Origin: Chiloscyllium plagiosum
Lineage: Eukaryota
Direction of reading: 5' to 3'
NCBI RefSeq assembly: GCF_004010195.1
Contig: NC_057757.1
Coordinates: forward strand, 9,707,646 to 9,752,459
Length of the DNA: 44,814 nucleotides
Below, in pieces: positions 36,360-44,814 of the stretch. Below the pieces are notes generated by a model. It saw nothing but the letters and a program-made list of their open reading frames with translations, had not been told where the DNA came from and searched no databases. How positions within the stretch are numbered: position 1 is the first letter of the stretch; every line of letters begins with the position of its first letter. The position numbers were made by a program, and so were the translations under genes.

Positions 36360-37249
36360 CAATAGACAAGACATAAGGACCGAAGGGCTTGTAATGCACT
36401 GTAATGTTCTATAACCCTGAAGAGGAACACATGTGTAGGGTCAATAGGAGGAGAAAATGTCACTGTTCTGAGAGGGGGGAGGTGGTTTGGAAGAGCTGGG
36501 ATGAAGGCCTCCTCCATGACACACAGATGAAAACTACCATCCTGCGGTCACTGCTGACTCAGTTCACTGCACCGCAATCCCAGCACTGATCTGCTGGTGA
36601 GCTATGATCTTCAGGAAGTTCCAATGATTTCCCAACCTCCCAAAACATGGCCAGCAGCAGCAAGATACTCATTTTCTAACAGCTACTGATTTTTAATTGT
36701 GACTGAGTAGAACATTTGGTGAAAGTCTTGGGCCTGCACGAGCCCAAATCTCAGAACTATTCAGTATCATATTGAGCCAGAATGTTTGGAAGAAATAGCA
36801 ACGTGGACTGAGGAGATGGTGGAGTGGTTTTCGGTTCTATTTCCTCACACCGTTCTGCCCAGACATCAGATGGTGAGGCCTCAATTCATTGGGATCAGAA
36901 GGCCCGAAATGCTGTCAGGCTGCATGATGCCAATTATTCTATACCTTTCCACTGGCCATTCCAATATCTCCCAGCAGTTTGATTACTTCATTAGCTATCT
37001 CTGACAATATAGTCATTGTCCATCTTGCTGATCAACAATTCTAGGGTGCAGACCTACATTTACTTCATAATTTAATTAACTACTAGTGCATTGACATAGA
37101 AATTGTCATCATGCCTCAACTGACTACTGGTAAGACCATGAATGATGGATCTCACCTGCCTCACCAGACTGATGAGCTCCAGCCAGTTCACAGCTTGCAG
37201 CAGGCTCGATTCAGAATGGCTGTTTGGATCTGACAGCAGGTCAGAGGTT

Positions 37250-37812
37250 AGTGTGTAACTCAATTCCTGACTTCCCAAAACCTGCCCACTATCCTGCAAG
37301 GCACAAATCAGGAGTTTAATGGAATACTCCCCATTTGCCTGGATGAGTGCAGCCCCGACAACACTCAAGAAGCTCGACACTATCCAAAACAAAGCAATCC
37401 CTCTGATTGGAACCACATCCACAAACACCTACTCCCTCCACTACCGATGTTCAGTAGCAGCAATGTGTACTATCTACAAGATGCAGTGCAGAAGTTCACT
37501 AAAGATCCTTCTAAACCCATGACTACTTCCATCTAGAAGGACAGAGGCAGCAGATACATGGGAACACCACCCCCTGTAAGTTTTCCTTCAAGCCACTCAC
37601 CATCTTGACTTGGAAGTATATCACCGTTCCTTCACCACCATTGGGTTAACATCCTGGAATTCCTTCCCCAGTGGCATTGTTGGTCAACCCACAGCACGTG
37701 GACTGTAGCAGTTCAAGAAGGATGCTCACCATCACCTTCTCAAGGGCAGCTAGGGACAGGCATTAAACATTGGCTCAATCAGTGATGCCCACATTCCATG
37801 GGCGAATGCTAA
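37250..37812 (+). mobile_element. Second LINE family (CR1/L2 group, distinct from HER1-type CR1), 3' fragment
   Basis: ORF 37319..37522 MEYSPFAWMSAAPTTLKKLDTIQNKAIPLIG...; WNSFP-like motif at ~37655. Confidence 0.85.
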
Positions 37813-39099
37813 ATGGGCTCTGGTCGCTAACCCTGGATAAGTGTTGCAAGTCACAGGGTGATGATTACGCCAATAACAACCTTCAGATTTAATCTGGAGC
37901 TGTGGACAGCACTCCATTAATGCTTATGCTCAGTAAGTACAGTTTGCAATTCCTATTGGGCTGTCTCAATAGCAGCCTCAAAGTGAATTAAATTTGCCAA
38001 AGTGAATTAAATTTGTAGTGGGGTTTGAATCAGTCACCGGGGCCTCTGTTCACATAGACAAGGGGTTAAATGCCTGTTTCAGAGGGGTCAATAAAAATGG
38101 GTCGAGGAAAAATTGTATTCCCTAGACTTTCAGCAAGTACTTTCTGTTGACCACATTGGAGGCTTGGGAGGTGAATCAGGCCAAACAAATGTCCTCTGCA
38201 TTGGCTGAATTATTGGGTCATCATCTCACACAATGGAAACACTGGGCAGGAAAGTATTTCAGCTGCTGTTATCAGCGGATGATTGCTTCATCTGATTTTC
38301 CTCTTATTGCTTAATAATTCTCAAAACTATTCTGTTTCAAGAAGAAAACTGAATATTGCCCACATATTGATAAGTAGCTGTGTACTCTCACTGTCTATTA
38401 AATGTGAAAATCCCTTTCATCTGTGATTTCAACATGCTCAGAAGGCGCTTGATTTATTATGTCTAGCTCTGCTATAGGAAAGCAGAATCTTGAAATGCTT
38501 ACAACATTGAGCAAAGAGTCTACTGGGCTGGTAGCAGAAAGCAAAGGGCTAAAATTAGCAGAGTATTAGTGAGAACCATTTACCAATTCAAAAGATAACT
38601 GTAAACAGAAGTTAAATTGAATCATTCTGACCTCAGCCCTCAATCTGATGTAAACTGTTGTGGTTGATATGCAAGAGAGGAAATGTCTAAGGTCAGGAAC
38701 CATTAGTGCAGCCATTGGTGATATTGATTTGAGAATTGGTCCAAAATGCTGAGTTAGAGATCACAACTAAATGTACTGAGTGAAGGAACAGTTCCTCCAC
38801 TGTTTATCTTCCACTGCGGCTGCAATAGGTAGGAAGGAAAGAGCAGACGGAGCTGCCTCGCCCTTTCCTTCGGTGCTGAACTACAGATGGAAACAACCAT
38901 GAGGCTGCAAGGCACAATCTGATTATTTCTTAAAGAATTCCAGGATAAAACTCCACTATTTCCTCCAGATTTCAGCACATGCTCACATCGATTATCCAGG
39001 CCCTCCCTCATCAGGGGTCTCCATCAGCTCCCGGCTGTAGTTTACAAAACTAACATGGGGAAGGAGGGATTGGTAAGAGATGTGTGGGCTAGGGGAGGG

Positions 39100-39340
39100 G
39101 GAGACACAGACTGAGAGAGAGAGAGAGAGAGAGAGAGACTGTAAGAGAGATACACACAGACTGAGAGAGAGAGAAACACAGTCTGAAGAGGAAGAGAAAG
39201 AGAGAAACACAAATTGAGAGAGAGACAAACGGACTGGGAGAGGGAGAGAGAGAGACAAACACAGACTGAGAAAGAGATATACAAGCTTTGAGAAACAGAT
39301 CGAAGAGGAAAAGAGAAACACACATTGGGAGAGAGACTGA
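39100..39340. repeat. (GA)n-rich simple repeat
   Basis: Directly visible. Confidence 0.93.
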
Positions 39341-40049
39341 ATCCTAAGTCAGGTCTGACTTCAGATGTGCCTTGTTGTACAATGTGTCTGTTTTGTGAAT
39401 GGGTGATTTTGATGCTGCTTCTCCTGAGGACTGAATCTCACCTCTTTAAAGCTGGAGCAGTCAGTGTGTGGTGTTTCAGTCAGCGAACTGAATTGATTTT
39501 CAGTTTAATTCATAAACTTATAACTTGCTGTGCACTGTGAAAAGCCATCATTCTGTCCGAAAACTTTGATCAGAAGTTATTTCTAACAAGTATTTTGTTA
39601 GATTGGTGTTTCTCCTGGTGGTTGACACTAAAAGGCCATTGTGTAGTTTGAATTAAAAATTACTTCTCCTTAAATCTTTCTACCTCTTTGATTTAAAAAT
39701 GCTGTTATCCATCTCGTGATAAACGCTGCCAGTATTTTATTTGGGGCACAGTGATACTAAGACACAAAGATACATGGAACAACATTTTACAAACACAAGG
39801 CCCTATCTCAAATTCAAAGGCCATGTGGTCAAATGTCACATGATGGAAACTTCAGAACACCTCCAATCAGAGTGAGCAACCGTTTCTTTGCTGATGCTAA
39901 CAGAATGTAACAACCTCAAGATACTGTTGGCGATTTCACCATCTTGTCACCCTTTCAGGCAGCCATATTGAAAATGACTGACTTATACTAACATTGCTGA
40001 TGTCAATGTTTTTGTATTGGTTGCAGAGTACAGAAAAGCAAGAGGGAAT

Positions 40050-40381
40050 TTTATTTTTAGTTTATTCATGGGACATCAGCATCGCTGGCTAGACCAGCAC
40101 TTATTGGCCATGCCTAATTGCTGTTAGGGAAGTTAAGAGTTGCTGTGGGGTCATATGTGGGTCAGATCAGGTAAGGATGGCAGTTTGCTTCCCTAAAGTA
40201 CATGGGTGACAGATAGATTTACCCCCAGCAATTTCATGTCACCATTGGAGTATTAATTCCAGCTTGTTTAAAATTAATTCAAATTACATCATCTTTCGCT
40301 GCCAGATTCAAACCCCCAGAATATTACCTGGGTCTCTGGATTAACAGTCCCACAATAATACCACGAGGATGTCACCTCCCC
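40050..40381 (-). mobile_element. Second tRNA-SINE family copy
   Basis: Resembles the reverse complement of 32160-32520. Confidence 0.8.
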
Positions 40382-40414
40382 ACAACACAGTCACCATATG
40401 ACTCCTATAATATT

Positions 40415-40863
40415 TTGTTGTGGTTCTGTTCGCCGAGCTGGGAATTTGTGTTGCAGATGTTTCGTCCCCTGTCCAGGTGACATCCTCAGCGCTTGGGAGC
40501 CTCCTGTGAAGCGCTTCTGTGATGTTTCCTCCGGCATTTATAGTCATTTGTACCTGCCGCTTCTGGTTGTCAGTTCCAGCTGTCCGATGTGCTTATTGAT
40601 TGAATCTGTGGATGAGCACTCATCAACCTGGACCCAATATACCGGCCACTGCAGCGGACAGCTGGAACTGACAACCGGAAGCAGCAGATTCAAACCACTA
40701 TAAATGCCGGAGGAAAGATCACAGAAGCGCTTCACAGGAGGCTCCCAAGCACTGAGGATGTCACCTAGACAGGGGACGAAACGTCTGCAACACAAATTCC
40801 CAGCTCGGCGAACAGAACCACAACAACGAGCACCCGAGCTACAAATCTTCTCACAAACTTTGA
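40415..40863. mobile_element. Penelope-like family C fold-back insertion with ORF C-terminus and hammerheads
   Basis: Inverted arms ~40415-40583/40654-40826; 37-nt tail; 14-bp TSD ACTCCTAT(A/G)ATATT at 40401-40414 and 40864-40877; LDPIYRPL and inverted SSTDSINKHI peptides. Confidence 0.9.
40749..40788 (+). ncRNA. Minimal type I hammerhead ribozyme motif (family C)
   Basis: gca-CTGAGGA-T-GTCaCCT(AGAC)AGGgGAC-GAAA-C-GTC-tgc. Confidence 0.78.
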
Positions 40864-40967
40864 ACTCCTATGATATTGCCAGAGACAATATTTATAATAA
40901 TGAAAGGATTCTATAGGGTGGATTTGAAAAATGTTTCCAGTTGTGAGTGAGCTAAGAAAAACGGAGT

Positions 40968-41345
40968 ATTAGAATTAGATTTTATTATCACGTGTACTCG
41001 AGTACAGGAATACAGGAGTACACTGAAAAATGTACAATGTCACCATTCTTGGCACCAGCTCAGGTGCAACGGATTCTAGGTACAAAATCTTCGCGTAAAC
41101 TTGAAAAGTAAAGAAATAACATTATTAATTCAACATTACAATCCTCCTTAAGTGCTTAGCCGTGGGTATGGATCAGAACTCTTTCACCCTGCCAGTGAGA
41201 GCAACACTATGCCACCTCTGTTGGAACACAGTCGTCCTACTTCGCCGCCATCTTGCCTCTACTGACAACATTTCCGGCATGTATCCATGCTGGGCCGATC
41301 GCAGAACTGCAGCACTGTCAGGCTCCGTACTGCGTATTGGGGCCA
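40968..41345 (-). mobile_element. Unclassified non-autonomous retroposon with a Rex1/Babar-like tail
   Basis: Minus 3' end ...GAGTACACGTGATAATAAAAATCTAATTCTAAT; internal CAAGATGGCGGCG; CpG-rich 5' part; lies within a CR1 remnant. Confidence 0.5.
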
Positions 41346-41369
41346 AATTATATTAAATATATAGTCACC

Positions 41370-41585
41370 CTCAACAGGTTCATTAATGGGAAAGGAAATC
41401 TGCCGTCCATACCTGGTCTGGCCTACATGTGACTCCAGAGCAACAGCAAGATAGTGGACTTTAAAATGCCCTCTGAGGAAGCCCTATCAAGCCAGTCAGT
41501 TCAAGTGGCGATTAGGGATGAGTAATAAATACTGGTCTAGCCAGGGTATGCCCTCAGCCCACCAGCAAATATATTTCAAAAAAAT
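41370..41585 (+). mobile_element. Second tRNA-SINE family, 3' half
   Basis: GGAAATCTGCCGTCCATACCTGGTCTGGCCTACATGTGACTCCAG...ATTAGGGATGAGTAATAAATACTGG. Confidence 0.82.
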
Positions 41586-41690
41586 CATTTCGAAGGAAAT
41601 TCTTTTGACAGTGAGCTGTGCGAAAGTGAAACTTGCTGTTGTTTAGAGTGAAGCAGATAATTATCATGTGTTAACTCTGATATCCGGTTT

Positions 41691-42038
41691 GGGGGTGGCA
41701 TGGCGGCTCAGTGGTTAGCACTGCTACCTCATGGTGTCGGGAACCCTGGTTCAATTCCTGCCTCTAGCAACTGCCTGTATGGGGTTTGCACACTCTCTCC
41801 ATGTCTGCGTGGGTTCCCTCCAGATGTTCCAATTTCCTGCCGCAGTCCAAACAAATGCAGATTTAGGTGGATTGGCAGTGCTAAATTGCCCATAGTGCCC
41901 AGGAATGTGCAGGCTGGGAGGGTCAGCCATGGAAAATGCAGGGCAGGGCTACAGGGGTGGGGTTGGTCTGGGAGGGATGCTCTTCAGAGAATTGGTGTGG
42001 GCCAAGTGGCCTGCTTGTACACTGGAGGGATTCTATGA
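41691..42038 (+). mobile_element. HE1-like V-SINE (older)
   Basis: A and B boxes, V-domain, GATTCTATGA tail. Confidence 0.88.
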
Positions 42039-42494
42039 CCTCAACTGACTTAAAGCAAGCAAGGTCTCTGACTGATTGTTGTCACCTCAAAACCCATATC
42101 ATACATCAAGCTTATCTTATCACAACTTGCCAACTAGAAATTAGGACTTTGCTCTGAAGCTAGGCCCCATTTGATAATGAAGGTTTATAAATCAGCTATC
42201 ATTGTGAATACATAAGATCTGATTGATTTGTTTTGAAGGGAAAGCTAAGACATTTGCACTCAGCGCTAATTTTAACTAATCTGTTGTTTGTTTGAACTCT
42301 GGCCCCTTCTGATACCAACACAGATCCCAGGTCCATCACATTGTGGCTTCAGAGACATCCCCTCATCCTCTTGGCCTCAGAACTGACCAAGGCGTGACTT
42401 ACCCTTCTGTCTGCCAGGTTTGTGCTTCTTCCTAAAAACGTAGTTCGGGGATACCTCATCCAAATACAACAAAAAAAGTAACACAAACGGAATG

Positions 42495-42840
42495 CAGACC
42501 TTGTATCTTCATGACCTCATAACGTCACAAAGCCCTTTCCAGCCAATGAAGTCCTAGTGACGTACAATTACTCCTGTCAATTTAAGAAATTTGGCTGCCA
42601 TTTTAATATACGAAAATTGGCAGCCATTTTGTGCAAAGGCCTAATAAACAACAATGGAATAAATTACCTCTCGTGTTGGTTGATAGATAAATATTGACTA
42701 GGTGATGAAGGGAACTCTTCGGCTGTTCTAGCAATAATGCCATGGGATCATTTATGGGAACACAAGAGAGCAGATGGAGTCTTGGTGTAATGCTTCACCT
42801 GAAAAGCAACATCTCCAACTATGCAGCCCTCCCGACTGAG
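42495..42840 (-). mobile_element. DeuSINE-like relic
   Basis: CAAAGCCCTTTCCAGCCAATGAAG...GTTGGTTGATAGATAAATATTGAC...GCCATGGGATC; resembles the reverse complement of 18200-18505. Confidence 0.6.
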
Positions 42841-43739
42841 CTGTGAGTAGATTAGTTCAGTTTAGGAAACTTGGTCGGCATGGACCAGTTGGGCCAAAGG
42901 GTTGATTTCCATATTGCATGACTCTATGAAGCTATTCAAGCTTTTGGAGCAGGATTTGGAAACGCACCCTTCTGACTCACAGACAAAAAAGACCTCCTAC
43001 GCTGCCGAGTATCACAATCTGCTGTTGTACCCGAACCTAGCTCACTTCAGAAGAAAACAATTCATTCTATGCAGTTATCCAAAGTAAAAACAACAAGGTT
43101 CTAACAACTCAGCCACAGGTTCAGCTGAGACTGAATAAACAAAGCATTAAATCAATTGTATTTTTGCTTTTGGTTGACGAATTCCTGATAATTATTTTGA
43201 TATCTGCTGCCTCAGGACAGAGTCTATAAGTACATTCCTCAGCCCTTGGGATCTCCAGTTCATTCCACCCAGGACCAAAATTATTTTCAAATAAAGAGGC
43301 CAGCTGTACTTATGTTGCTGGGTGCTTGTTCAAGCATGACCATCCCCAAGTGAACCCAATCTTTACAGAGTTGAAATAATGTTCTGTGCTTTTGATTCAC
43401 TTCAGCAATTCAAGAAAACTTTCACAGGGCACTGTTTGTTTATGTTTTGTGGGTGGTTATACAATCCAAACTCCTGAATGGTGAGGCCTCAGTGATCCTG
43501 AAATTAGCCCTGGGCTACGTGGCATCACCCTTAAGACATCACCCTTAACCAAAATGCCACTTGGTGATCTTCAAACAAGAAGAGCCATTTACTGCCATTT
43601 GCAGCTGAAATATTGCAGTTAGATCAATGAAATGTTTGGTCAATTGAATCTGTCCACAACAGATGAGACATAGTGAATGAATTTGATGGGGAAATAGCCC
43701 TTCTGTGTTCTAATTTTCATGAACTGGTCATGAAATAAT

Positions 43740-44076
43740 GAGAACACCATGGACCAGGTTAATAGGCTTGAACAGATTAAGGAAGTGAACGTGCTGAAAA
43801 TTTTGGGAAGCATCAAGATCCCAGCGTGGACCAGATATATCCAAGGTTACTATGGGAAGTGAAGAATGAGATTTCTGCACCTCTGGTGATGATCTTTGCA
43901 TCCTCATTCTCGACGGGAGTAGTGACGGCTGATTGGAAGGAGGTGAATGTTGTTCCGCTGCTCAAGAAAAGCAATAGGGAAATTCCTGGCAATGACAGAC
44001 CAGTCAGTCTTATGTCTGCTGTACTGAAAAGGATTCTAAGAGACAGGATTTATGATTATTTGGAAAAAGATAGTTT
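43740..44076 (+). mobile_element. CR1 ORF2 pre-RT fragment
   Basis: DQIYPRLLWE...DWKEVNVVPLLKK...RPVSL. Confidence 0.9.
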
Positions 44077-44814
44077 GAACATAGAACATAGAACATAGTA
44101 CAGCACAGAACAGGCCCTTCAGCCCACGATGTTGTGCCAACCACTGATCCTCATGTATGCACCTCAAATGTCTGTGACCATATGCATGTCCAGGAGTCTC
44201 TTAAATGTCCCCAATGACCCTGCCTCCACAACTGCTGCTGGCAACGCATTCCATGCTCTCACAACTCTCTGTGCAAAGAACCCGCCTCTGACATCCCCTC
44301 TATACTTTCCTCCAACCAGCTTAAAACTATGACCTCTCGTGTTAGTCATTTCTGCCCTGGAAAATAGTCTCTGGCTATCGACTCTATCTATGCCTCTCAT
44401 TACCTTGTACACCTCAGTTAGGTCCCCTCTCCTCCTCCTTTTCTCCAATGAAAAAATTCCGAGCTCAGTCAACCTCTCTTCATAAGATAAGCCCTCCAGT
44501 CCAGGCAGCATCCTGGTAAACCTCCTCTGAACCCACTCCAAAGCATCCACATCTTTCTTATAATAGGGCAACCAGAACTGGACGCAGTATTCCAAGTGCG
44601 GTCTAACCAAAGTTTTATAGAGCTGCAACAAGATCTCACAACTCTTAAACTCAATCCCCCTGTTAATGAAAGCCAAAACACCATATGCTTTCTTAACAAC
44701 CCTGTCCACTTGGGTGGCCATTTTAAGGGATCTATATACCTGCACACCAAGATCCCTCTGCTCCTCCACACTGCCAAGAATCCTATCCTTAATCCTGTAC
44801 TCAACTTTCAAATT
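44077..44814 (-). mobile_element. Young CR1 LINE 3' part (continues beyond the window)
   Basis: Uninterrupted 215-aa ORF2 C-terminus (44164..44811); (TTCTATG)n tail. Confidence 0.96.

Noticed and set aside
35933..36360. Palindromes as MITEs or DNA transposons, or as miRNA precursors
   Set aside because: Arms are asymmetric with one-sided tails, the centres vary, TSDs are long and variable, and they link to hammerheads and PLE peptides.
37979..38015. 18-bp direct repeat CAAAGTGAATTAAATTTG
   Set aside because: Isolated micro-duplication with nothing inserted between the copies.
38754..39040. Minus-strand ORF or exon (RELMETPDEGGPG*)
   Set aside because: Weak splice signals, stops in every frame, no recognisable protein.
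44164..44811. 215-aa ORF as a host gene
   Set aside because: It is the CR1 ORF2 C-terminus followed by a CR1 tail.

Overview
Repeat-saturated, non-coding vertebrate DNA. The repeat content points to a shark, possibly a carpet or bamboo shark (inference): HE1-like V-SINEs, HER1/CR1 LINEs and DeuSINE-like relics. No intact protein-coding gene can be supported; nearly all listed ORFs are CR1/LINE fragments, SINE read-throughs or low-complexity artefacts. The most notable structure is about ten short insertions from four unrelated Penelope-like element (PLE) families. Each family carries a minimal type I hammerhead ribozyme motif: CUGANGA, one extra nucleotide, stem II, GAAA and a loop-less palindromic stem III. 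Most copies are asymmetric fold-backs with a 34-42 nt unpaired tail and 10-15 bp target-site duplications (TSDs). Also present are nested CR1-in-SINE insertions, two SINE/LINE shared-tail pairs, recurrent tandem duplications inside CR1 copies, a pogo/Tigger-like MITE, a ~56-bp minisatellite, and weak minus-strand micro-exon candidates suggesting the window may be intronic. All calls were made by eye; family names are from recall, not a database search, and boundaries of degraded repeats are approximate.
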